The position numbers were made by a program, and so were the translations under genes. The notes under the pieces are model-generated. The model worked only from the letters and a program-made list of their open reading frames with translations, did not search any database and was not told the origin of the DNA. From an uncultured Lachnospiraceae bacterium (lineage in GTDB: Bacteria; Bacillota; Clostridia; Lachnospirales; Lachnospiraceae): a stretch of 64,000 nt of DNA. Within the stretch, counting starts at the first letter, position 1. Each line of letters begins with the position of its first letter. The stretch covers positions 325 through 64,324 of the forward strand of contig CAJTOW010000006.1 of assembly GCA_910577655.1 (NCBI GenBank), written 5' to 3'. Shown in pieces: positions 38,876 through 48,472 of this stretch.

Positions 38876-40147
38876 ATGAAAATTGCAGTTGCAGGTATTG
38901 GATATGTTGGACTTTCTATGGCAGTCCTGCTGGCCCAGAATCATGATGTTCGGGCTGTTGATATTGTTGAAGAAAAGGTGAAGCTTCTAAATGGCAGAAA
39001 ATCTCCAATACAGGATAAGGAACTTGAGGAATATCTGACAGAAAAAATTGTAATTTCAGAAACTTCATCAAGGAACGGAGCTCCGGGGCTCTGGGCAACA
39101 ACAAATATGGTTGATGCTTATAGAGATGCAGAATTAGTTATTGTCGCGGCGCCGACGAATTATGATATTGTAAAAAATTATTTTGATACTTCAGCAGTTG
39201 AAAGTGTATTGAATAGCATAATCAGCGAAAATTCCCAGGCACTTATTGTAATCAAGTCAACAATACCAGTTGGATATACCGAATCAATACGGGAAAAATA
39301 TGATCGTAAAAATATCATTTTTAGTCCTGAATTTTTGAGAGAGTCCCAGGCTCTTTATGATAATTTATTTCCAAGCAGGATTATTGTAGGAATGGATGAA
39401 CAAGATGAACAGCTTGTGGAACTGGCCCATATGTTTGCGGATCTTCTTCAGGAAGGGGCTATCCGGCAGGATATCCCCCGGCTTTTTATCGGATTCCATG
39501 AAGCGGAGGCTATCAAGCTTTTTTCCAATACATATCTTGCTATGCGGGTTGGTTTTTTTAATGAACTTGACACATATGCGGAAAAGAAAGGTTTTAATGC
39601 ACAGCAGATTATAGATGGAGTTTGCCTGGATCCCCGTATTGGTTCCCATTATAACAATCCATCTTTTGGATATGGCGGATATTGTCTGCCTAAGGATTCA
39701 AAGCAATTATTGGCGAATTTCGAGGGGGTACCGGAGAGTCTTATAACAGCAACCATTAATAGTAATCATATACGGAAAGATTTTATTGCTGAACAGGTTC
39801 TTGCCAAAGCAGGATTTGACGGAAAACGGGATGCCGAAGACTATTTTAAAGAGGAAAAATCGTCATGCGTGATTGGGATCTATCGTTTGACCATGAAAAG
39901 TCATTCGGATAATTTTCGACATAGTGCAATCCAGGGGGTTATCAAACGCCTGAAATCTTATGGTGTGAAAATCATGATTTATGAGCCGGCTCTTGCAGAT
40001 GGAGAAGAGTTTTATGGAGACAGGGTAGTAAACGATTTGGAAAAATTCAAAGCAGATAGTAATGTTATTGTGGCGAACCGTTTTGATATTTGCCTGGAAG
40101 ATGTGAAGGAAAAAGTATATACAAGAGATATATATCAAAAAGATTGA
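38876..40147 (+). CDS. ugd: UDP-glucose 6-dehydrogenase
   Basis: GIGYVG, KSTIPVG, SPEFLRE and GYGGYCLPKD motifs. Confidence 0.95.
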   Translation: MKIAVAGIGYVGLSMAVLLAQNHDVRAVDIVEEKVKLLNGRKSPIQDKELEEYLTEKIVISETSSRNGAPGLWATTNMVDAYRDAELVIVAAPTNYDIVKNYFDTSAVESVLNSIISENSQALIVIKSTIPVGYTESIREKYDRKNIIFSPEFLRESQALYDNLFPSRIIVGMDEQDEQLVELAHMFADLLQEGAIRQDIPRLFIGFHEAEAIKLFSNTYLAMRVGFFNELDTYAEKKGFNAQQIIDGVCLDPRIGSHYNNPSFGYGGYCLPKDSKQLLANFEGVPESLITATINSNHIRKDFIAEQVLAKAGFDGKRDAEDYFKEEKSSCVIGIYRLTMKSHSDNFRHSAIQGVIKRLKSYGVKIMIYEPALADGEEFYGDRVVNDLEKFKADSNVIVANRFDICLEDVKEKVYTRDIYQKD

Positions 40148-40158
40148 AGGAGATAAAA

Positions 40159-41163
40159 ATGCGTATATTTATTACCGGCATTGCCGGATTTCTTGGGAGT
40201 CATTTGGCAGATGCCATGCTGACAGAGGGTCATGAAGTATTAGGATGCGATAACCTCATTGGTGGATATCGTGATAATGTTCCGGAGGGAGCAGAGTTTT
40301 ATGAAGTAGACTGCAACAAATTTGAAAAAATGAAGGAGCTGCTCAGGGGAGTGGATATAGTTTATCATACTGCCTGTACAGCCTATGAAGGCTTGTCCGT
40401 ATTTTCGCCAAAACTGGTCGCCGAAAATACATACTTGAATACAGTTTCTGTGGCCAGTGCAGCTATTGTAAACAATGTAAAACGATTTGTTACTTGTTCA
40501 TCTATGGCACGCTATGGAACGCAGGATATAGTGCCTTTTACAGAAGACATGGTGTGCAAGCCTCAGGACCCTTATGGAATATCAAAATTTTCTGCAGAAA
40601 ATATATTACGGAATCTTTGTGAGGTACATGGTATGGAACTTGTGATTGCAGTACCACACAATATTATTGGACCTAGACAGAAATACGATGACCCATTCCG
40701 AAATGTAGCCTCCATTATGATTAATCTGATGCTACAGGGCCGCCAGCCAATCATATATGGCGACGGAAAGCAGAAACGGTGTTTTTCTTTTGTTGGAGAT
40801 GATATTGACTGTCTGAAAAAACTTGCTTTTCAGGATAATGTGGTGGGGGAAGTGATCAATATTGGCCCGGATGAGGAATTTGTAACTATTAATCATTTGG
40901 CAGAAGTCATTGCCGGACTGATAGGTTTTCATTTGGAGCCGGTTTATATGCCAGGCAGGCCCCAGGAGGTGCGGCTGGCTACCTGCTCGGCCAATAAAGC
41001 CCGCAGACTTCTTGGATATGAGACAAAATATACCCTGGAACAAGGGCTTGTGGAAATGATCGATTATATCAGGATGCGCGGGACAAAACCATTTATTTAT
41101 CATCTTCCGCTTGAAATTGTCAACGAGAAGACCCCGAAAACATGGTCTCAGAAGTTATTTTAA
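40159..41163 (+). CDS. NAD-dependent nucleotide-sugar epimerase/dehydratase
   Basis: TGIAGFLG, SSMARYG and YGISK motifs; start after AAGGAG. Confidence 0.9.
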   Translation: MRIFITGIAGFLGSHLADAMLTEGHEVLGCDNLIGGYRDNVPEGAEFYEVDCNKFEKMKELLRGVDIVYHTACTAYEGLSVFSPKLVAENTYLNTVSVASAAIVNNVKRFVTCSSMARYGTQDIVPFTEDMVCKPQDPYGISKFSAENILRNLCEVHGMELVIAVPHNIIGPRQKYDDPFRNVASIMINLMLQGRQPIIYGDGKQKRCFSFVGDDIDCLKKLAFQDNVVGEVINIGPDEEFVTINHLAEVIAGLIGFHLEPVYMPGRPQEVRLATCSANKARRLLGYETKYTLEQGLVEMIDYIRMRGTKPFIYHLPLEIVNEKTPKTWSQKLF

Positions 41164-41239
41164 ATTGAGAAATGTGTTTTGGTTTATTACTATTTGTCCA
41201 CTGAGGGTATCATCAGATATAGTAGAATTGGAGATTGCT

Positions 41240-42361
41240 ATGATTTTAAAAAATGCATCATATATAGAACTTTTTGAAAAAATAAAGCAGGAACAGAGAA
41301 GTGTGATTGTTTATGGAGCTGGCGCTATTGGAAAAATCGTGGTTCCTTATCTTATAAAGAAATATCAGCTTGAACCATATATATCCTGTTATGTTGATAA
41401 GGATACATGGAAGAATGGACAGATCATTGAAGCAGGTACTGGCCGTTTCGAGATAAAAACATTGGAGGAATTGAAACGGGCGGACAAAAATACAATAATC
41501 CTGATTACAAACAGCAATTTTCAATCAGTAATAAAGGCACTTGATGAAATAACAGAATTAGATTCCAATGAAGCATATGTGATTCCTGTTATGCAAATGA
41601 AAGATACAGAACCCGGGACAGGTTCTGTTGCAGCAGATATAAAAAGAACTGACAAACCTTTGATACCCAGGATTATTCACTACACCTGGTTCTCGGGAGA
41701 AGAAATCCCGGACCACTTACAAAAATGTATAGATTCATGGAGTAAATATGCGCCAGACTATGAAATAAGACAATGGAATGCCAGTAACTATGATATAGGG
41801 AAAAATCCGTATATGCGGCAGGCATATCAGCAAAAAAAATGGGGCTATATTGCGGATGTGGCAAGACTGGACATTCTGTATCAGTATGGCGGTATTTATA
41901 TGGATACAGATGTGGAGATGCTGAAAAAGCCGGACGATCTGTTGTATCAGCCGGCATTTTGTGGAGTCGAGAAATGGGGCGTTGTGAATATGGGGGGATG
42001 TAGTGGTGCGGCTTCGGGTAATCAGATAATAAAAGCGATGCTGGATTATAGAAAAAATGAGGTATTTGTCAGACCAGATGGGAGTCTGAATAAGGAACCG
42101 AGTGGGGCTTATGAAACCCAGCCGCTGGTTTCCCTTGGATTAGAAATAAATAATCGGACTCAGGTTGTGGGGGATATGACGGTGTATGCATCTGATTATT
42201 TTCATCCATATGATTATATGAGCGGGGAAACCAGACTAACAGAAAATACCTATTCTATCCATTATTTCCATGGGGGGTGGCTGGACGAGAGTGTCAGGCA
42301 GCAGAGAAAGAAAGCATCCATTGAGTTTAATCAATTATTGGATCGAATGCAATGTAATTAA
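41240..42361 (+). CDS. GT32/OCH1-like DXD glycosyltransferase with N-terminal Rossmann-like module
   Basis: IPRIIHY.W, D.ARL and GGIYMDTDV motifs. Confidence 0.88.
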   Translation: MILKNASYIELFEKIKQEQRSVIVYGAGAIGKIVVPYLIKKYQLEPYISCYVDKDTWKNGQIIEAGTGRFEIKTLEELKRADKNTIILITNSNFQSVIKALDEITELDSNEAYVIPVMQMKDTEPGTGSVAADIKRTDKPLIPRIIHYTWFSGEEIPDHLQKCIDSWSKYAPDYEIRQWNASNYDIGKNPYMRQAYQQKKWGYIADVARLDILYQYGGIYMDTDVEMLKKPDDLLYQPAFCGVEKWGVVNMGGCSGAASGNQIIKAMLDYRKNEVFVRPDGSLNKEPSGAYETQPLVSLGLEINNRTQVVGDMTVYASDYFHPYDYMSGETRLTENTYSIHYFHGGWLDESVRQQRKKASIEFNQLLDRMQCN

Positions 42362-42380
42362 ATTTAACAGTTAAAATGGA

Positions 42381-42416
42381 CGGCCAATAAGTGTTACAAT
42401 TATTGGCCGGATTTTT
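42381..42416 (+). terminator. Intrinsic terminator closing the glycan locus
   Basis: CGGCCAATAA/TTATTGGCCG stem plus T-run. Confidence 0.75.
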
Positions 42417-42581
42417 ATCTTTCTAAACTATAAGCCTCTTGGATATTGGCCGAAATCTGCTATAATAGAGTCAGCTGATATCCAGGAGGCTTTCTTTTGC
42501 TTGGCGGCAATGATCCGGGATATTGTCCCTGGGGAACAGAGTAAAGAATTCTATGGGACGCCATATAACGCCGAGATTGCA

Positions 42582-42690
42582 CTAGAGTGTGTCTGAAAAT
42601 TCATTCCCGCCATCTCCACAAGGGGCGCCTTCGGTGTCCCACAAACTGTGACGCACATCTGCCAGAAAGCAATTTTCAAACACGCTCTAG
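42582..42690. mobile_element. MITE-like element, family D (longest copy)
   Basis: CTAGAGTGTGTCTGAAAATT ... AATTTTCAAACACGCTCTAG, with CTAG at both ends. Confidence 0.82.
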
Positions 42691-42761
42691 CATTCAGGGA
42701 GGCGGATAAGATTAGTGGCCCGTAGGAATAAGCCTGCACCGGAAGGAGAAATTCATCAATC

Positions 42762-43967
42762 ATGAAACAGGAATATTTAGAGAAAATCATAGAACTGCGG
42801 CACCAGCTTCATGTCTGTCCGGAGCTTTCCATGGAGGAGCACCAGACAAGGCAGATTCTGATGGATTTTTTGGCAACCCACACCTGCCTGGAAGTTGTGG
42901 ACCGGGGCAGATGGTTTTATGCTTATTATCACTGCGAAAGACCAGGAGCCAGGGCAGTGGCTTTCCGGGCAGATTTCGACGCGCTTCCGATGGAGGAGAA
43001 GGCGGAGGAGACAGGCATTTCTTATGGATCGCAGAATCCGGGAGTTTCCCATAAATGCGGTCATGACGGACACAGCGCGGCCCTGGCCGGACTGGCCCTG
43101 GAGCTGGGAGGCTGGCTGCTGAAAGATGGCAGACGGAGTAAAGATGAGGAATGCCGGGAAAGTGAAGGTGGCTGGCCGCCGGTGCAGGATGTGTATCTGA
43201 TCTTTCAGCATGGCGAGGAGGTTGGCGGCGGCGGTGAGGAGTGTGCACGTCTTATTAAAGAAAAGAGGATTTCCCGGGTATTTGCCATCCACAACCGGAG
43301 CGGATATCCTGAAGGAAGCATTGTGCTGAAAAGCGGTGTTGTCCAGTGTGCATCCAAGGGGCTGACCGTCTTCCTGGCCGGACAGCCTGCCCATGCCAGT
43401 CAGCCAGAGGACGGACGGAATCCGGCCAGAGCGGCCGCGGAGCTGGTTCTGGCAGTCCAGGAAGCCTCACGGCAGGAGAACTATGAGGATCTGGTCATGG
43501 CGACCATTGTGCAGGTGGCCATAGGCCGGAAGAATTTCGGGATTGCCGCTTCGGAGGGCGAAGTGTCCATGACCCTGCGGGGAGCCAGACAGTCGGAGAT
43601 GGAACAGATGGAGGAGCAGATCCGCAGTCAGGCTGCTGCCCTGGCAGCCAGGGACGGCCTTTCGGTTTCCTTCAGGGAGCATGACGTATTTCCCGAGACG
43701 GTTAATGATCCTGCCAGCGTCGCACTGGCGGAAGCGGCGGCCAGACAAGGCGGTATGGAGGTCATTGCCATGACGGAGCTTTTCCGGGCGTCCGAAGACT
43801 TCGGATACTATCTGAAGGCCTGCCCGGGGGCTATGGTTTATGTGGGAAATGGAGAAGACTATCCCCAGATCCATACTGCCAGGTACGATTTTAATGACAG
43901 GATTCTGGAGACAATCGTGGAATTTTTCAAGAATATACTTATTTCAGACGTGCTCTGGCGGGGATGA
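42762..43967 (+). CDS. M20D family amidohydrolase
   Basis: RADFDAL, HKCGHDGH, FQHGEE, HAS.P, SEDF and IH motifs. Confidence 0.92.
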   Translation: MKQEYLEKIIELRHQLHVCPELSMEEHQTRQILMDFLATHTCLEVVDRGRWFYAYYHCERPGARAVAFRADFDALPMEEKAEETGISYGSQNPGVSHKCGHDGHSAALAGLALELGGWLLKDGRRSKDEECRESEGGWPPVQDVYLIFQHGEEVGGGGEECARLIKEKRISRVFAIHNRSGYPEGSIVLKSGVVQCASKGLTVFLAGQPAHASQPEDGRNPARAAAELVLAVQEASRQENYEDLVMATIVQVAIGRKNFGIAASEGEVSMTLRGARQSEMEQMEEQIRSQAAALAARDGLSVSFREHDVFPETVNDPASVALAEAAARQGGMEVIAMTELFRASEDFGYYLKACPGAMVYVGNGEDYPQIHTARYDFNDRILETIVEFFKNILISDVLWRG

Positions 43968-44180
43968 TAAATAGGGAGACAGTTATAAGCGTGAGGGCTT
44001 GTGGCTGTCTTTTTTTGTGGAAAATTATAATAGAAACAACTTCTGGAAATGTGTATACATAATTTATAAATATAACAAAAAGTATTGATTTGTTGAAACA
44101 AAGAAAACAAAAAGTATTGGAAAAATCTGGTTTTCATAAAAAATGAAGTAAAAATCATACAAAAAATATTGAAAACAGTA

Positions 44181-44209
44181 TTGACACCTTACAAAAAGTT
44201 TGATAATAT
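44181..44209 (+). promoter_or_regulatory. Perfect sigma-A promoter with extended -10
   Basis: TTGACA-17bp-TATAAT with TG at the extended position. Confidence 0.85.
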
Positions 44210-44234
44210 AACATCAGAAACAATAAAGAAAGAG

Positions 44235-44894
44235 ATGGCGGATTTGAAGATGAATAGTCAGTTTTTTGAAACAGATTTTGTTGAACATCTGATCGATATG
44301 CTGGAACAGCAGCTTGGGAAACAGACGGAGATAGTCCTGCATGATCTGCGGAATGGTTATGAGCATACGATTGTTGATATCCGGAATGGAGAGGTTACCG
44401 GCAGAGTGGTAGGCGGAACGGGCAGTAATCTGGGCCTGGAAGTACTGAAAGGGACATCCGGACACGGAGACAAGTATAACTACATAACAAAGCTGCCGGA
44501 TGGAAGATATCTGCGTTCATCATCCCTCTATATCCGGGACGGGGACGGGACTACTATAGGATGTCTCTGTATCAATACGGATATCACAGAGACACTCAGA
44601 TTCGAGCAGGTGTTGAAGGAGATGAACCGCTGCGATGTCACTAACGCAGAAAATGAGATCTTTGTATCCGATGTGAACCAGCTGCTGGAGTGCCTGATCA
44701 AAAAGACCCAGGAGAAGATCGGGAAGCCGCCGGAGAAGATGAGCCGGGAGGATAAGATCAGCTTTGTCAGGCAGCTGAATGAAAAGGGAGCATTCCTGAT
44801 CACCAAATCCGGAGAGCGTGTTCAGGAATACCTGGGAATATCCAAATACACTTTGTACAACTACCTGGATCAGACAAAAAACCAGAAGGATTAA
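44235..44894 (+). CDS. YheO/DauR-type PAS + HTH transcriptional regulator
   Basis: EIVLHDL, NG.VTGR.VG, LRSSS, CLCIN, L..KGAF and ISKYTLYNYL motifs; start moved downstream of the promoter. Confidence 0.9.
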   Translation: MADLKMNSQFFETDFVEHLIDMLEQQLGKQTEIVLHDLRNGYEHTIVDIRNGEVTGRVVGGTGSNLGLEVLKGTSGHGDKYNYITKLPDGRYLRSSSLYIRDGDGTTIGCLCINTDITETLRFEQVLKEMNRCDVTNAENEIFVSDVNQLLECLIKKTQEKIGKPPEKMSREDKISFVRQLNEKGAFLITKSGERVQEYLGISKYTLYNYLDQTKNQKD

Positions 44895-44948
44895 GCAGAA
44901 TACATGTATGTGCCAGTCTCTGCATGAGAACTGGCGAAGATGAATTTC

Positions 44949-45011
44949 ATACCCATAACAACAAGGCATGAGGGTTTACTGAGGAGTCCCTTTGTTGCTA
45001 TGGGTATTTTT
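44949..45011 (+). terminator. Long hairpin with U-tract between the regulator and the operon (terminator/attenuator)
   Basis: ATACCCATAACAACAAGG / CCTTTGTTGCTATGGGTAT-TTTT. Confidence 0.65.
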
Positions 45012-45043
45012 GTACCCAAAATCAGGAAATGGAGGAACTTGCT

Positions 45044-45802
45044 ATGAAGCTGAAAGGGAAGATTGCTGTGATCACAGGAGCCGGCGCAGGCTACGGAATG
45101 AGCCGCGGATTTCCTGCTGTCTATGCAAAAGAAGGCGCGGATCTGGTACTGAATTATTTTGGGGATGATCCGGAAAAAATGGGGGAGTTTAAGAAAGAGC
45201 TGGAATCCTATGGAAGCCGGGTTATTTGTCAGGAGGGGGATATCTCCCGGCCGGAGGTGGCAGAAAAGCTGATCAATACAGCGATTGAAGAATTTGGCCG
45301 GATTGATATTCTGCTCAATGTGGCAGGGATTTCCAATCCTAAGCTGCTGGTAGATATGACCCTGGAAGACTGGAACCGGATGCTGGAGGTGGATCTGACC
45401 AGCTGCTTTCTTACCTGCAAATATGCAGTGCCCCATATGATCTCCCAAAGGTTTGGGCGTATCATTAACCTGTCCTCCCAGATCGCACAGAAGGGAAGTG
45501 TGGAGCATTGCCATTACAGCGCGGCAAAGGCCGGTCTGATCGGCTTTACAAAATCCCTGGCACGGGAGCTGGGCCAGTACAATATTACGGTGAACTGTAT
45601 TGCGCCTGGTCCCATTGAGACCCAGCTGATGGGCGTGGTCAGTCCGGAGTGGAGAAAACAAAAGGAATCCGAACTGGTTCTTCCGCGTTTTGGAGATCTG
45701 GAGGAGATTCTTCCGACAGCGGTATTTCTGGCAGCAGAACCTGATGGCAATTTGTATACCGGCCAGACATTGGGTCCGAATCTGGGGGATGTCATGATGT
45801 AA
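45044..45802 (+). CDS. Short-chain dehydrogenase/reductase (FabG-like)
   Basis: TGAG..YG, NVAG, YSAAK and VNCIAPG motifs. Confidence 0.92.
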   Translation: MKLKGKIAVITGAGAGYGMSRGFPAVYAKEGADLVLNYFGDDPEKMGEFKKELESYGSRVICQEGDISRPEVAEKLINTAIEEFGRIDILLNVAGISNPKLLVDMTLEDWNRMLEVDLTSCFLTCKYAVPHMISQRFGRIINLSSQIAQKGSVEHCHYSAAKAGLIGFTKSLARELGQYNITVNCIAPGPIETQLMGVVSPEWRKQKESELVLPRFGDLEEILPTAVFLAAEPDGNLYTGQTLGPNLGDVMM

Positions 45803-45830
45803 AGCCTCAAATGGAAATGGGGGAGACAAA

Positions 45831-47327
45831 ATGAAGGAAATTCTTTTGGAGACAAAAAATATCGAAAAATCTTATTCAGGAAATGTGGTCTTAAAGGACA
45901 TCAGCCTGGTGATCCGTAAGGGGGAAGTCCATGCGCTTATGGGTGAAAACGGGGCGGGGAAATCCACGCTGGTGAAGATCATCACGGGTGTTGTGAAGGC
46001 TAATTTTGGTTCTGTCCTTTATGACGGAAAGCCGCTGGTGATCAACCATCCCAAAGAGATTTTTGATCTGGGAATCGGGATTGTCTATCAGGAGTTCAAT
46101 CTGATGCCGGATCTGACAGTCGCCCAGAATATTTTTATCGGAAGGGAACCGGAAGGGAGGCTGAAAGGCTTTCTGGATGAAAAGAAGACCAATGCCATGG
46201 CAAAGGAGATTCTGGATGAGCTGGAGTGTGATATTGACCCGGAGCGGAAGGTCGGCAGTCTGAGTGTTGCAGAGCAGCAGATGGTAGAGATCGCCAAATC
46301 CCTGTCTTACAACTGCAGACTTCTGATCATGGATGAGCCCACGGCGGCTCTGACAGATCATGAGATCCAGGTGCTGTTTGGCATTGTGAGGAAACTGAGA
46401 GAGAGGGATGTGGCAATCATCTATATTTCCCATAGAATGAGTGACCTGGATGCAATTGTGGACACGGTCAGTGTGCTGCGGGACGGAAATCTGATCAGTA
46501 CCAGAGTTTATGAACCACAGCTAAAGGACAGGCTGATCTGTGAAATGGTGGGAAGGGATCTGACCCAGCAGTTTCCGCCCCGTCCGGATTACAAACGGGG
46601 GGATCTGACTCTGGAGGTGGAACATCTGAATTCGGGAAAACGGCTTCACGATATTTCCTTTCAGGCATACCAGGGGGAGATCCTGGGGATTGTGGGATTG
46701 ATGGGAGCCGGACGCACGGAAATGCTGAAGGCCGTCTTTGGAGCCTTTCGTAAAAACTCCGGGAAGATTAAAGTCAGGGGAAAAGAAGTGACGATCCGCA
46801 GCCCAAAGGACGCCATCAGGATTGGGATCGCCTATCTGACAGAGGACAGGAAGAAGGATGGGCTGTTTCTGGGATTATCCATAAAGGAAAACATGATTTC
46901 CTCCAGTTATGACGCATTTTCCGCCAGAGGGTTTATGAATGACCAGAAGGCTGAGGATGCTGTGAGGGAATATGGCAAAAAGATGAGTATCAGGATGCAC
47001 AGCTCCAGGCAGACAGCAGGTACACTCTCCGGCGGAAACCAGCAGAAGGTCATGGTGGCAAAATGGCTCTGCAACCAGGCGCGGATCCTCATTTTTGACG
47101 AACCAACCCGGGGTATTGACGTGAAATCAAAATACGAGATATATGAGCTGATGTACGAGCTGGTCCAGGCTGGCGTTACCATAATCATGATTTCTTCCGA
47201 GATGCCGGAGGTGCTGGGCATGAGTGACCGGATCCTGGTCATGAATGATGGAAGGATTGTGGGAGATATTCCCAAGGAGGAAGCAACCCAGGAACGGATA
47301 CTGCAGTACGAGATGATGGAGGTGTAG
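45831..47327 (+). CDS. Sugar (CUT2/RbsA-like) ABC transporter ATP-binding protein
   Basis: GENGAGKST, MDEPT, LSGGNQQK and DEPTRGID motifs. Confidence 0.95.
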   Translation: MKEILLETKNIEKSYSGNVVLKDISLVIRKGEVHALMGENGAGKSTLVKIITGVVKANFGSVLYDGKPLVINHPKEIFDLGIGIVYQEFNLMPDLTVAQNIFIGREPEGRLKGFLDEKKTNAMAKEILDELECDIDPERKVGSLSVAEQQMVEIAKSLSYNCRLLIMDEPTAALTDHEIQVLFGIVRKLRERDVAIIYISHRMSDLDAIVDTVSVLRDGNLISTRVYEPQLKDRLICEMVGRDLTQQFPPRPDYKRGDLTLEVEHLNSGKRLHDISFQAYQGEILGIVGLMGAGRTEMLKAVFGAFRKNSGKIKVRGKEVTIRSPKDAIRIGIAYLTEDRKKDGLFLGLSIKENMISSSYDAFSARGFMNDQKAEDAVREYGKKMSIRMHSSRQTAGTLSGGNQQKVMVAKWLCNQARILIFDEPTRGIDVKSKYEIYELMYELVQAGVTIIMISSEMPEVLGMSDRILVMNDGRIVGDIPKEEATQERILQYEMMEV

Positions 47328-47333
47328 CGTACC

Positions 47334-48308
47334 ATGATGCAAAAGAAGTCAGAAAACAGGATAGGGATCCGTTGGAATATGCAGCTTGTCTTTACTTCAG
47401 TGGGGCTGGTGCTGCTGATGGTGTTCTTTTCTTTAAATACACGGAATTTTTTGAGCCAGAGGAATCTGCTTAACGTAGCGCTGCAGACGTCTGTAGCGGT
47501 GCTTCTGGCCATTGCGGAAACCTTTGTGATCATCACCGGCGGGATCGACCTTTCGATCGGATCGATATCGGCAGCTTCCGGGATGATCGTGGCGATCATG
47601 CTGAACCAGGGAATGCCGGTTCCGGCGGCGGTAGTTCTTGGGATTTTGACGGGGGTTCTCTGTGGTGCCTTTAATGGCTTTACAGTCACGGTGCTTGGTA
47701 TCGTGCCCTTTATCGCGACACTGGGAACCAACAGTATTATGCGTGGTCTGATCTATGTGATATTAAACGGAATTCCCTTATCCGCTTCATCGGCTGGGGA
47801 AACATTTACCTGGATTGGCCAGGGAAAGCTGGGAGGATGGCTGCCGTATCCGGTGCTGTTCATGGCAGTGATTTCCGTGGTGGCAGTTATTGTACTGACA
47901 AAGTCCAGATTTGGCCGTATGATCTTTGCTATAGGAAGCAATGAGGGAGCAGCGTTCCTTTCAGGAATTAAAGTAAACTGGACAAAGTTCAAGGTGTACC
48001 TGCTTTGCGGCTTTCTCTCTTCTGTGGCGGGTATCATCCTTACCTCGCGGGTAGCCTCCGCTTCACCAGTAGCAGGACAGGGGGACGAGACCTTTGCCAT
48101 AGCGGCGGCCGTCATAGGCGGCGCCAGCTTATCCGGCGGAAAGGGGAATATGATCGGTACAATCATTGGGGCATTTATCATAGGAATCCTTAATAATGGG
48201 CTGAATCTGATCGGTCTCAGCTCTTTCTGGCAGCAGGTGGCAGTGGGCTGTGTCATCATTCTGGCAGTTTTTCTGGATGTGATCCGGGTAAAGCTGAAAA
48301 GCCAGTAG
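47334..48308 (+). CDS. Sugar ABC transporter permease (RbsC-like)
   Basis: GGIDLS, PFIATLG, GSN..AA.LSGI and AAVIGG motifs. Confidence 0.93.
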   Translation: MMQKKSENRIGIRWNMQLVFTSVGLVLLMVFFSLNTRNFLSQRNLLNVALQTSVAVLLAIAETFVIITGGIDLSIGSISAASGMIVAIMLNQGMPVPAAVVLGILTGVLCGAFNGFTVTVLGIVPFIATLGTNSIMRGLIYVILNGIPLSASSAGETFTWIGQGKLGGWLPYPVLFMAVISVVAVIVLTKSRFGRMIFAIGSNEGAAFLSGIKVNWTKFKVYLLCGFLSSVAGIILTSRVASASPVAGQGDETFAIAAAVIGGASLSGGKGNMIGTIIGAFIIGILNNGLNLIGLSSFWQQVAVGCVIILAVFLDVIRVKLKSQ

Positions 48309-48343
48309 CAGAAGGAATACAGACAGGAACAGTCCGTATAGAC

Positions 48344-48438
48344 GTAACAGTAGATGTCCATGAAAATCGCTTCGCTATGGGGCGGATGCCCTTCGGCTGC
48401 TATGTATCCCCACTGTCGGCGCATTTACAGTTGGTAAC
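48344..48438 (-). repeat. Family C element inside the ABC operon
   Basis: AGGGCATCCGCCCCATAGCGAAGCGATTTTCATGG matches the copy at ~29433-29468. Confidence 0.75.
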
Positions 48439-48472
48439 TATTGGAAGAGAAAATTATAAAAGGAGAAGAAAA

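Noticed and set aside
44169..44234. Extended N-termini given by the ORF track for several genes
   Set aside because: They overlap promoters or upstream genes; downstream starts with SD sequences were used instead.
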